The position numbers and the translations under genes were made by a program. A stretch of DNA of 64,000 bases, taken from NCBI GenBank assembly GCA_965203355.1, contig OZ241889.1:2752001-2816000 (forward strand), in the 5' to 3' direction. The notes beneath the pieces are model-generated. The model had not been told where the DNA came from and did not search any database. It was given only the letters and a program-made list of their open reading frames with translations. Numbering within the stretch: the first letter of the stretch is position 1; the number at the start of each line of letters is the position of its first letter. This stretch comes from Candidatus Latescibacterota bacterium (GTDB taxonomy: Bacteria > Latescibacterota > UBA2968 > UBA8231). Below, one piece after another: positions 28,593-37,508 of the stretch.

Positions 28593-29111
28593 TTGATTTG
28601 TCCTTCGTGTTCGCACGACAATATCTCAGGAGTTGATCTCTGCGGAGAGTGCGGCCAGAGCCTGAGCGAAGCGTACCAAAATTGGGGGAGCGAGGAGTAC
28701 AAGGAAATTTTCACCGCGCCGCTTTCCGCGCTCAATTCGCAGGAGATGGTCTGCGTGTCGCCGACTACTTCGTTGGCCAAGGTCATCTCATTGCTCAAGG
28801 ATCGGCACGTCGGTTGCGTGTTAATAACCAGTGAGGACGGGCAGCTAATTGGCATATTTACCGAGCGCGACATCCTCTACCGGGTGGCGGGTTTGATCCG
28901 CAATCTGGAACAGATCGCGGTCGAGAGCCTGATGACCCCGCGGCCTACCGCGCTCAAGGCGGATGCGGCCGTACAGCACGCGCTGCATTTGATGAGTATC
29001 CACGGCTTTCGCCATGTGCCGCTGTTGGACGATGACGACCGCCCGGTTGGCTTGGTCTCGTTTCGGTACATCGTTCGTTTTATCGAAGAGAACTTTTTCT
29101 CCACAGCTTGA
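28593..29111 (+). CDS. Zinc-ribbon + CBS-pair protein
   Basis: CPSC-x10-CGEC at the N-terminus, GIFTERD, FRHVP. Confidence 0.88.
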   Translation: MICPSCSHDNISGVDLCGECGQSLSEAYQNWGSEEYKEIFTAPLSALNSQEMVCVSPTTSLAKVISLLKDRHVGCVLITSEDGQLIGIFTERDILYRVAGLIRNLEQIAVESLMTPRPTALKADAAVQHALHLMSIHGFRHVPLLDDDDRPVGLVSFRYIVRFIEENFFSTA

Positions 29112-29114
29112 GCG

Positions 29115-29142
29115 AGTCAGCCGCTAGGCTGGCTTCAGTTTT
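29115..29142 (+). terminator. Probable terminator of the CBS-korAB-CBS operon
   Basis: AGTCAGCC-GCTA-GGCTGGCT hairpin followed by TCAGTTTT. Confidence 0.45.
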
Positions 29143-29161
29143 CTTGAAAGGTGGTTGTACT

Positions 29162-29644
29162 ATGTCGTTGAGCCACAAGGCGATATGTTCACTTCTCGCA
29201 TTGGCCCTTTTGAGTCCCCTAAAGGGTAGGGCTGAACTAGACTGGGCCATCTTGAACAGTACGCGCGAAGTCACCGAAGCCGAGTGGTTGCGGTTGCAAC
29301 TGTCCGTATTGGGGTTAAAACTGAGCTATCCAGCCTATCGCATCGACCTAAAACTGACCGAAGATTCCGCGATTGAATTTACCTTTGTCGCCAGTAGTGG
29401 GATGGCCGAGCATTTGACCGAAGACTTGGATAAGAGCGAAGCCAACGAGGTTGTTTCCTACCACGCGCAAGGCATAAGCGACCAAGTAGAAACATTGATC
29501 CGCGATGAGTTCCCGAACTTGTGGTCGAGCTTTGATCCGCGCCAAGACTTTCGCGGGCAATTTCTCGGCCCAAGCGAGAAGTGGAACGACCCGCCGCGAG
29601 AAATCGGCACTTGGTTGGAAAACAAATTCTCTTGGGGCCGCTAA
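29162..29644 (+). CDS. Secreted hypothetical protein
   Basis: Signal-peptide-like N-terminus (MSLSHKAICSLLALALLSPLKGRA); AAGGTGG RBS. Confidence 0.65.
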   Translation: MSLSHKAICSLLALALLSPLKGRAELDWAILNSTREVTEAEWLRLQLSVLGLKLSYPAYRIDLKLTEDSAIEFTFVASSGMAEHLTEDLDKSEANEVVSYHAQGISDQVETLIRDEFPNLWSSFDPRQDFRGQFLGPSEKWNDPPREIGTWLENKFSWGR

Positions 29645-29656
29645 GGGCTAGTGCCC

Positions 29657-29893
29657 TTATTCCGGGTCGCGTTGGATCATGGCTCTATGCGTTGATTCGT
29701 CGAGGAAGATGTCCTTGTCGATGACCGGCTCTTCGGTGGTCACGATCCAGCCGCGCACTTGCCGACCGAAGACCTTAATCTCCTTGCGCTCGGCGTTGAT
29801 GACCCTGGACGAAGCGGTGTGCCGCTCTTTGTTGATACAGAAAAAAGTGTGCCGGCGCGTCGTGCCTTTTTCCTTGCCTTCCATGCGTTCCAT
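29657..29893 (-). CDS. Small hypothetical protein
   Basis: 78 aa, AAGG RBS, starts 12 nt after the hemE stop. Confidence 0.6.
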   Translation of the reverse strand: MERMEGKEKGTTRRHTFFCINKERHTASSRVINAERKEIKVFGRQVRGWIVTTEEPVIDKDIFLDESTHRAMIQRDPE

Positions 29894-29905
29894 CCGCTAT
29901 ACCTT

Positions 29906-30937
29906 TCAAGTGGGCGCGAACTGGTGGACCACATCCACTAGCAATTTGACCTTTTCATAGGGCGTGTCTGGATAGACGCCGTGCCCCAAGTTGAAGATGT
30001 GCGGGCGGCCCCGACCCTGCTTTAGAATGTGCCGAGCGGCCTTGGCAATGCTCGCCTCTGAGCCGTAGAGGGCGCAGGGGTCTAGATTGCCTTGTAAAGG
30101 CATGGTATCTCCGAACAATCCGTAAGCGGCTTCGAGCTCAATTCGCCAATCGAGGCTTAGGACCTGGGCACCGACGCGGCCCAAGCTGGACAGGTGTTGC
30201 GCCCCGGCAAGTGGGAAGTAAATGACCGGAGCATCCAGCGCGGCGAGGCGGCGGCAGACTCGCCGCACATAGGGCAGAGCGAATTCGTTGAACTGCGCTG
30301 GCGACAGCAAACCGATGGAAGTGTCGAAAATCTGGACAGCTTGGGCACCGGCCGCGACCTGGGCGCATAAGAAGCGGCCGGCGAGGTCGGTGAGCAGATC
30401 GAGCAGCCGATGGGCGAGAGCGGGGTCGCTGTGGATCATGCGGCGAAAGGCCGGAAAGTCTTTGGCATGGCTCCCTTCCACTAGCCAAGTGGCTAAGGTG
30501 AAAGGCCCGCCGGTATACCCGATGAGTGGGATCGCGGGAGGCAGAGCGTTGCGTACCAGGCGTGCCGCTTCTAAGACGTAAGCGAGGTCGTCCTCGGGGA
30601 CGGGGCTGCGGAGGCCGTCCACGTCGGCGGCTGAGCGGATTGGGCGGGCGAAAACAGGGCCAGGTGCGTAGGTCAACTCGCGGCCGAGTGCCTCTAAGGG
30701 CGTCACTAGGTCGGTAAAGAGAATAGCCGCATCCACCCCGAGCAGATCGACCGGCATGAGGGTAATTTCAGCGGCGAGTTCCGGGGTTTTGAAAAGTTTG
30801 AGCAGCGAACCGTGCCGCTGGCGCAGATCTCGGTACGGCTTGAGGATTCGGCCAGCTTGACGCATGATCCAGATGGGAGGCGTTGTCGGTTGTTGGCCCC
30901 GACAGGCTTGGAGAAAGGGAGCGGTTGAATCGGACAA
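29906..30937 (-). CDS. hemE: Uroporphyrinogen decarboxylase
   Basis: PIWIMRQAGR, DAAILFTD, QIFD, QGNLDP, IFNLGHG. Confidence 0.95.
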   Translation of the reverse strand: MSDSTAPFLQACRGQQPTTPPIWIMRQAGRILKPYRDLRQRHGSLLKLFKTPELAAEITLMPVDLLGVDAAILFTDLVTPLEALGRELTYAPGPVFARPIRSAADVDGLRSPVPEDDLAYVLEAARLVRNALPPAIPLIGYTGGPFTLATWLVEGSHAKDFPAFRRMIHSDPALAHRLLDLLTDLAGRFLCAQVAAGAQAVQIFDTSIGLLSPAQFNEFALPYVRRVCRRLAALDAPVIYFPLAGAQHLSSLGRVGAQVLSLDWRIELEAAYGLFGDTMPLQGNLDPCALYGSEASIAKAARHILKQGRGRPHIFNLGHGVYPDTPYEKVKLLVDVVHQFAPT

Positions 30938-30941
30938 AGTG

Positions 30942-33272
30942 CTAGCGACCCGGTTCGACCATCCACTCGGGCAAGGCGATGCGATAGGTAACTACGTCCT
31001 CCAGCGGCTTGAAGCGGACGCGGTCGCCTTCCATATCGGCCCGATAGACGTCGGGATCCTCGCCGCCGGACTTGAAGGCCAACAGGCGCAACCGGGGTAG
31101 TTTGCGATCTGGCCAGTACTGGCCCACGTCAATTACTATATCGGTTTGGCACCCAAAGGGCACGACGTCAATTTCCCATTTGCGCTCTTTAATGGCGACA
31201 GCACCGTCGAGTTCTACCGGACCAAGTCGCCTCCGTTGCCCTCGGGTATCAACGAACAAATAGTCCGCGCAAGAAGCGTAGTCTAGGTGCCCTGAGCCAG
31301 CGTCGGCTGAATAGACCAACAGCGATGAGTCCTGCCAAGCGCAAAACGAGCCTGGGGAAAGGAGATAGGCCACATCACCTTGGTGGACGGACCAAGGCTG
31401 CTCCCAACCGAGGTTGGCATAGACTTCGAGGCCATTGTCGTACGTCACCCGCACCTGTCCGTGGGCAAACGCACCGGAAAGCAACGCGTCATTCGTCGTC
31501 AAAAACTGGTCGTTGTGACAGTAGGCAATAGCGCGTACCGGGACGCGGAGGTAGTGCTTTTGCAGTTCGCGCAGCATGTAGTAGGATTTGACCGTAGAGG
31601 CGATGCCCCACTCCAACTGGTCCGGGAGCAAACAGGCGTGGCCAAAGGCCGCGGTCGCGGCGAGATAGCGGTCGAGATAGGCACTGTGACTGTGTTTTTC
31701 GCCTTGGGGGATGTGCCCGGCAAAGTACTGGTCGATGGTCCCCAGCCCCGCATCGGTTTCAATGGGATGGAGATTTTGCAGATCAAAGTCCACCAGCGGC
31801 GGAATGCGGCTGGGATCGTTGCCGGCCATGCGAGCAAGATAGCCGGTCAGGAGGCCAGCGTAGAACCAGTGATTGCCGCCATTCCCGATGGCCAAGCCCG
31901 CTTGGGCTTGGGAGCGGAGGATGCTCTGTTGCCGAGAATAGCTACTCGCCAAGTGGCCGGTTGCCACTGCATCGTCGCTGAAGTCGTTGAATTCCCAAGG
32001 AGGGACTTCGGCGTGTTCACTTACGTACAGAGCGTCGCAGGGATATTTGTCGATAATGGTGCGCGCGTGTTCGGGTGCGCGGGCTAGCGCTTCCGATGGC
32101 TTGAGCAAATAGATATCGGGTCCGGTCGGGGCTGGGCTACCGTCGGCGAGTTGGGCTGCCAATTCGGGCTGCCAACAGGAACTGGTAGAGGCGATATGGC
32201 GATAGTTGACCAAGAGGCTGGTTTGGTAGCCCAACTCGGACAGGGCATCGAGGTACTCGTCGAGGGCGTCTTCGCCGCCTTTAGCCTCGGCTCCTTCCAC
32301 CACGAGCGTGGCGTCGCCGTCGCCATCGTGCCAAGTTTCGCTGGGGTGGTTGATCAGCAACTGATCAAGGCCCATCCGTTTGAGCTGGCACATGCTTTCG
32401 TATAACTCGACGTAACTTTCTTGGGTTGCGTCGATATAGGGAATGTTGTACCAGACCCAATCGGCGAGTGCTTCGCCTGACTCGGCCTCGGCCGTGGAAA
32501 AAGTGGGGAGGACTTCTTCGTATTGAGTGGAGACCGTTATGAGCCAGCGCTCTTGAAAATCGCTGCGCTTGCCGTCGCTTTGGCTAGCGTAGCGACAGCC
32601 GCCGTTGAGTTGGACGAGGTGCTGAGATTCTGCTTCGGGCAGGGCGTACAGAGAGGAAGCATGCGAGTAGTGCCAATCCACAAAGCTAGACAGGAAGTAG
32701 CCCGAGGTACAGAGGATTTGCGGGTAATTATCGCCGAAGTTGAAATAGGGAATGGTGATCAGGCGTGGGTGCAAGGCCCCGGAGACTCGGCCGAGCGCGA
32801 GACCGGTGCCTTTGCCTTGCCCGCCCTCGATTTCTACGACGAGCGACTTGCCGAGGATGCGGATGCGGTAGAGGAAGTTGGCTTGTTCCTCTCCTAGTTT
32901 CCACTGCCAGCGGGCCTCGACGCAATCGCCGACTTGCTCGCAGGAGGTGAAGTGTCGCTCTACTTCTTCACTGTCAGGCCGCCAAATCGCACCGCCCATT
33001 TCTACGGCAATCCCGCCGTCTTCGGCCGGTGTGATTGGGTCGCTATTGTTGACTTCTACCTCGATATCGGCGAAGGTCCCATCAATGGGCGTGTAGATGA
33101 AGCGGACGACGGCCGAGACGGAGCGGCTTTCAAAGACAAAGGAAATACCTTCTTTGCGAATGGAGGTTTCGACTTCTTCGTGGAGCGTGGGAAAAATCGA
33201 GGGTTGGCTTTGGTTAGCGGATGTGGGCTGTTGCTCACCCTGAACCGTCGCCACCCTTGTTTGGTCTGCCAT
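30942..33272 (-). CDS. Large acidic hypothetical protein, possible GH101/GH129-like TIM barrel with altered catalytic positions
   Basis: 776-aa ORF with RBS and promoter; segments LLVNY, LYVSEH, GNGGNHWFYAG, VDFDL. Confidence 0.6.
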   Translation of the reverse strand: MADQTRVATVQGEQQPTSANQSQPSIFPTLHEEVETSIRKEGISFVFESRSVSAVVRFIYTPIDGTFADIEVEVNNSDPITPAEDGGIAVEMGGAIWRPDSEEVERHFTSCEQVGDCVEARWQWKLGEEQANFLYRIRILGKSLVVEIEGGQGKGTGLALGRVSGALHPRLITIPYFNFGDNYPQILCTSGYFLSSFVDWHYSHASSLYALPEAESQHLVQLNGGCRYASQSDGKRSDFQERWLITVSTQYEEVLPTFSTAEAESGEALADWVWYNIPYIDATQESYVELYESMCQLKRMGLDQLLINHPSETWHDGDGDATLVVEGAEAKGGEDALDEYLDALSELGYQTSLLVNYRHIASTSSCWQPELAAQLADGSPAPTGPDIYLLKPSEALARAPEHARTIIDKYPCDALYVSEHAEVPPWEFNDFSDDAVATGHLASSYSRQQSILRSQAQAGLAIGNGGNHWFYAGLLTGYLARMAGNDPSRIPPLVDFDLQNLHPIETDAGLGTIDQYFAGHIPQGEKHSHSAYLDRYLAATAAFGHACLLPDQLEWGIASTVKSYYMLRELQKHYLRVPVRAIAYCHNDQFLTTNDALLSGAFAHGQVRVTYDNGLEVYANLGWEQPWSVHQGDVAYLLSPGSFCAWQDSSLLVYSADAGSGHLDYASCADYLFVDTRGQRRRLGPVELDGAVAIKERKWEIDVVPFGCQTDIVIDVGQYWPDRKLPRLRLLAFKSGGEDPDVYRADMEGDRVRFKPLEDVVTYRIALPEWMVEPGR

Positions 33273-33317
33273 GGAACGTCCTGACTCAGCTTGTTTTTAC
33301 CATTGCCAAAGTAAAAT

Positions 33318-33346
33318 AACATAGAGAATAAACGAGGGTGTGTCAA
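33318..33346 (-). promoter_or_regulatory. Promoter for the 776-aa gene/hemE operon
   Basis: Minus strand TTGACA-N17-TATGTT. Confidence 0.6.
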
Positions 33347-33362
33347 GCTGAAGGCGTTTGGT

Positions 33363-33391
33363 TTGACCGGGTGATAAAACCGTTCTATATT
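33363..33391 (+). promoter_or_regulatory. Divergent promoter for the HI0933-mocA-xdhC-nitrilase operon
   Basis: TTGACC-N17-TATATT. Confidence 0.6.
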
Positions 33392-33427
33392 ATTGTTTTT
33401 AATAATTTTAGTGGTGTGTAAACCAGC

Positions 33428-34663
33428 TTGGAATCAAGGAATTGCATAGTGGTCGGCGGTGGGGCCGCCGGGATGTTGGCGGCCATTGTCGCCGCCGAGG
33501 CGGGTGAGCGGGTGACTCTGCTCGAAGGCCGTGAGAAATTGGGGCGGAAGATATTGATTTCGGGCAATGGGCGCTGCAACCTGACGAATAGGGCGGCCGA
33601 CGACCTCAGCCACTACCACGGCGCGCATCCGCGCTTTGTCCGCAGTGCGCTGGACCAATTCCGCCTAGACGAAACCTTGGCGTTTTTTGCCGATCTGGGG
33701 ATCGAGTTCCGCGAGGAGAAGCGGCAGCGCCTCTTTCCGGTGTCGGATCAAGCGCAGTCGGTCGTCGATTTGCTCGCGGACCGCATGAACTGTCTAGGGG
33801 TTCGCGTCGAAACCAATGCCAAGGTGGTCGGCATGGGTCGCGCCTCCGGCGCGGCGCGCTTTGAACTGCGCGATGCCGAGGGGCAGTGCTACACCGGGGG
33901 ACGGGTGATATTGGCCAGCGGCGGCGTCAGCCTCGCCCGCTTGGGCACCGATCGCTCGGGCCTGGATTTAGCCGTGGCCATGGGGCATCAGCTCACCGAG
34001 CTCAAGCCCGGATTGGTGCCGCTAATCAGCCCGGAGAAATACCTCGCTCGCCTGCAAGGGCTTAAGGTGAGGGCCGAAGTGCGCGTCGGACTCAAAGGAG
34101 GACGCGAGGCCGTTGATACAGATGACGTACTCTTTACAAAATACGGGGTTTCCGGGTTTGCCATATTAAATCTCAGTGCCCGTTTGGTGCCCGAGTTGGG
34201 GGCGCAGCAAGTCGTACTGCGGGTCAATTTCTTTCCCGGTCGCCGCCCGGAAGCAATCAGCCAATTGCTCAAAGAGCGCTGGCAGCGCCATCCCCACCGC
34301 TCGCTCGAGCTGAGTTTCGCCGGTCTGCTTTCCGGCAAATTGGTGCGGCCTCTCTTGGATCATTTGGGGTTTGACGCGGCACAGCGGGTCGATCAGCTTG
34401 GCAAGGGGGCGCGCTGGCAACTTGCCCAGCGTCTGACGGATTGGCCGATTGCGGTCAGCGGCCCGAGGCCCTTTGACTACGCCGAAGTGACCATCGGGGG
34501 CGTGCGCACTGAAGACATCAATCCCGACACGCTCGAATCCTTTTTGGTGCCCGGCCTGTACTTTGCCGGTGAGATGGTCGATGTCCACGCTGATTTGGGA
34601 GGATTCAACTTCCAATGGGCTTGGGCCAGCGGCGTTCTCGCTGGTCGTCGGTTGGGTTCGTGA
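33428..34663 (+). CDS. HI0933/BaiN-family flavoprotein
   Basis: GGGAAG, GRKILISGNGRCNLTN, VTIGGV, YFAGE, GGFNFQWAWASG. Confidence 0.93.
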   Translation: MESRNCIVVGGGAAGMLAAIVAAEAGERVTLLEGREKLGRKILISGNGRCNLTNRAADDLSHYHGAHPRFVRSALDQFRLDETLAFFADLGIEFREEKRQRLFPVSDQAQSVVDLLADRMNCLGVRVETNAKVVGMGRASGAARFELRDAEGQCYTGGRVILASGGVSLARLGTDRSGLDLAVAMGHQLTELKPGLVPLISPEKYLARLQGLKVRAEVRVGLKGGREAVDTDDVLFTKYGVSGFAILNLSARLVPELGAQQVVLRVNFFPGRRPEAISQLLKERWQRHPHRSLELSFAGLLSGKLVRPLLDHLGFDAAQRVDQLGKGARWQLAQRLTDWPIAVSGPRPFDYAEVTIGGVRTEDINPDTLESFLVPGLYFAGEMVDVHADLGGFNFQWAWASGVLAGRRLGS

Positions 34664-34702
34664 GAACTGGCGCGATGGGGCGGTGGCCGTAGATTGAAAA
34701 AG

Positions 34703-35308
34703 ATGAAAGCCGATGAAACAAGCCGGGTGGCCGGCATCATTTTGGCGGCGGGCGCGTCCACCCGCATGGGGCCGCTCAAACAGCTCTTGCCCTTGGGCGA
34801 GCGGGCGGCCATTGAATGGATCGCCGAAGTGGTGGGGCAGCGGTTAGATGAGGTAGTGGTCGTACTGGGCCACCGCGCCGAGGATATTGCCCCAGTCCTC
34901 GCTGGTTATCCAGTCCGCTGCGTTGTGAATTCCGCGTACCGCACGGGCATGCTTTCTTCCGTGCAGTGCGGATTGCGGGCGGTGGAGCCAGCAGCCGATT
35001 ACTTGATTTGCCTCGGCGATCAACCTCGGTTGAGTGGAGTCGTAGTAGAGCAGGTTTTGCAGGCGAGAAAAGAGGTCAGCGCCGGCATCATCATACCTAC
35101 CGCCAACCGGAAAAGGGGCCATCCTGTATTGATTCGCAACGCCTACCGGGCGGAAATTTTGGGCTTGCCGATAGATGCGGGATTGAACGCGGTGACGCGG
35201 GGCCATCCCGAGGATACGTGCGAATTACCTGTGGCCGAGGTCGCGATTTTGACTGACATGGATACGCCAGCCGACTACCAGCGCGAACTGGAGCAGTGGC
35301 CAGAGTAA
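34703..35308 (+). CDS. mocA: Molybdenum cofactor cytidylyltransferase-like (MocA)
   Basis: LAAGASTRMG, KQLLP, GMLSS, LGDQP, GHP, DMDTPADY; next to xdhC. Confidence 0.8.
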   Translation: MKADETSRVAGIILAAGASTRMGPLKQLLPLGERAAIEWIAEVVGQRLDEVVVVLGHRAEDIAPVLAGYPVRCVVNSAYRTGMLSSVQCGLRAVEPAADYLICLGDQPRLSGVVVEQVLQARKEVSAGIIIPTANRKRGHPVLIRNAYRAEILGLPIDAGLNAVTRGHPEDTCELPVAEVAILTDMDTPADYQRELEQWPE

Positions 35309-35311
35309 ATT

Positions 35312-36412
35312 ATGGACGACATACTCACAGAAATTGTCCGGCGCAAGGAGCAAGGCGAGCGCATGGCGTTGGCCTCGCTCGTGTGGAGTACTGGCTCGAT
35401 TCCCATGAGCGAGCGGGCCAAGATGATCGTCGCCGAGGAAGGCGATGTCGTCGGCACCATCGGCGGTGGATGCCTCGAAGCCGAGGTCCTGAGTGCCGGC
35501 CGCATCGCGCTGGCGACCGGAGAAAATCAACTCATGCGCTACACCATGACGGAAAAACAAGCGGGGGAGAGCGGCTTAAATTGCGGCGGCAGTGTGCGGA
35601 TTTACACCGAGGTCATCGAGCCAGCCGCGTCCGCCGACTTTTACAGCCGTGTGCTAGCGGCCCGTCAGGAGCGCAGCCGTTGTGTGCTGGCGACCCTGCT
35701 CAAGCGTCGTTTTGACGCTACCAGAGAGGGGCGATTGTGGTTAGGGGCCGATGGCAGCACCTGCGGTTCGCTGGGTACGCCCGCCGCCGACCGCGAGGTG
35801 GAGCAGCGCTTGCCCGAAGTGATTGCATGCGAGCGCGGCCTAGTGTGGATGCTGGATCCGAATGCCGAATTAGGCGAGGCCGCGGAAGTATTTATCGAGC
35901 CGTTTCTGCCCGAACCGGTGCTTTACGTCTTCGGCGGTGGCCATGTGGGCGGGCAGATTTGCACACTGGCCAAAAACGTGGGCTTCCGCGTCGTTCTCGT
36001 CGACGACCGACCGGCGTTTGCCAATCCCGAGCGGCATCCCCAAGCCGACGAGTGCCTAGTCTCCGGCATGGAGGAGGTGTTCGCCGAGTTGCCCATTGAC
36101 GACCAGTCCTATATCGTCGCAGCCACGCGCGGCCACCAGCACGACGAAATCGTCGTCGAAGCGGCGATCAAGACGCCAGCACGCTATATCGGAATGCTGG
36201 GCAGCGAGCGCAAGAAGCTCATTTTGTGGCGGCGGATCGCCGAGCGCGGCGGTGACCCACAACGCTTGGCCGCTGTCTTTGCGCCAGTTGGGTTCAACAT
36301 CGGGGCGGACACGCCGGCCGAGATCGCGGTCAGCGTCGTCGCCGAACTGATCGAGCAGCGGCGCGGAACGCCCAAAGTGTGGAAGACGAAAAGAAAAACC
36401 CATGGAAGATGA
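35312..36412 (+). CDS. xdhC: XdhC/CoxI-family molybdoenzyme maturation factor
   Basis: GTIGGGCLE, NCGG, FGGGHV, DDR, TRGH, YIGMLGS, TPAEIAVS. Confidence 0.9.
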   Translation: MDDILTEIVRRKEQGERMALASLVWSTGSIPMSERAKMIVAEEGDVVGTIGGGCLEAEVLSAGRIALATGENQLMRYTMTEKQAGESGLNCGGSVRIYTEVIEPAASADFYSRVLAARQERSRCVLATLLKRRFDATREGRLWLGADGSTCGSLGTPAADREVEQRLPEVIACERGLVWMLDPNAELGEAAEVFIEPFLPEPVLYVFGGGHVGGQICTLAKNVGFRVVLVDDRPAFANPERHPQADECLVSGMEEVFAELPIDDQSYIVAATRGHQHDEIVVEAAIKTPARYIGMLGSERKKLILWRRIAERGGDPQRLAAVFAPVGFNIGADTPAEIAVSVVAELIEQRRGTPKVWKTKRKTHGR

Positions 36413-37406
36413 ACTGCGCTACGGGGTAGCGGCCTGTCAGGTGGCCCAACCCAACCCCATTGACCGCGCTGAAATGGCGCGCAACACGGCGCGCATGGTC
36501 GAAATGGTCGATATGGCTGTTGAAGGATATGGGCCGTTTATGGATGTCAAGCTGCTGGCCTTTCCCGAGTTTGGGCACGCCGCGCCGATCTATCCCACCG
36601 CCCAGAGCTTGCTAGCCAAATTGGCCGTTCCCGTTCCCAACGAGCATACGGCCCGCTTGGAAGACAAGGCGCGCGAATTGGGCGTGTACATCCAAACAGC
36701 CACTTTTCTCGAAGCGGATCCTCAGTGGCCTAATAAGGTGTTCAACACGACCTGCCTGCTCGGGCCGGAAGGGCTTTGGTACAAGTACCGCAAGGTAAAC
36801 CCTTGGATCCCTTGGGAAGTTCACGCTAGCCCCCACGACTTGACCGACTACGAGGACGAACTGTTCCCGGTGGCCCAGACGCCCATCGGCTGTATTGGCG
36901 CGGCGATTTGCTACGACTGGCTCTTTCCCGAACCCCTGCGCCAACTCACAGCCCACGGTGCAGAAATCCTCGTCCGCGTCTCGGCCTATATGGACCCTTG
37001 GGGGGCGTCGCCGCCGCTGGATTGGTGGACGACGGTCAATCGCTGCCGTGCTTTGGAAAATACGGCGTACGTGCTCGCCGCCAATCAAGGGGCCGAGCTG
37101 AGGCACTATCCTCCCTTTTCTTGGCCGGGCGGCTCAATGGTGGTTGATTTCGACGGCCGCATCCTCGCCCAAGCCGACCCGGGGCCAGGGGAAAAAATCG
37201 TCGTCGCGGAAGTCGATATCGGGGCCTTGCGGCACATCCGCCAGCGGCGCGCCGGCCACCACACCTTGGCCCACCTGCGCAGTGAGGCTTACCCTGTGTA
37301 CGGACAGCCTTACTATCCGCAGGGCAGTTTCTCGGCCGAGGATAATCACACCGTCGCCATGAACCAAGATCGCATCGCCAAAGTTAAGCAGCGGATGGTT
37401 GACTAG
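36402..37406 (+). CDS. Nitrilase-superfamily carbon-nitrogen hydrolase
   Basis: Glu-Lys-Cys triad in FPEF, YRKV, ICYD; RALEN. Confidence 0.9.
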   Translation: MEDELRYGVAACQVAQPNPIDRAEMARNTARMVEMVDMAVEGYGPFMDVKLLAFPEFGHAAPIYPTAQSLLAKLAVPVPNEHTARLEDKARELGVYIQTATFLEADPQWPNKVFNTTCLLGPEGLWYKYRKVNPWIPWEVHASPHDLTDYEDELFPVAQTPIGCIGAAICYDWLFPEPLRQLTAHGAEILVRVSAYMDPWGASPPLDWWTTVNRCRALENTAYVLAANQGAELRHYPPFSWPGGSMVVDFDGRILAQADPGPGEKIVVAEVDIGALRHIRQRRAGHHTLAHLRSEAYPVYGQPYYPQGSFSAEDNHTVAMNQDRIAKVKQRMVD

Positions 37407-37508
37407 TGTCTCGCAAGCGCGTCGCCGACGCCACTCGAGGCCGCCAATAATAGGATTGGGTTGGGATAATTCACAACGCTATCGCTAGCTAAAGGAGTTG
37501 CAGCCTCT

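Noticed and set aside
29642-29659. Inverted repeat TAAGGGC-TAGT-GCCCTTA spanning two convergent stop codons
   Set aside because: Short stem best explained as a minimal bidirectional terminator or chance; not a mobile-element end
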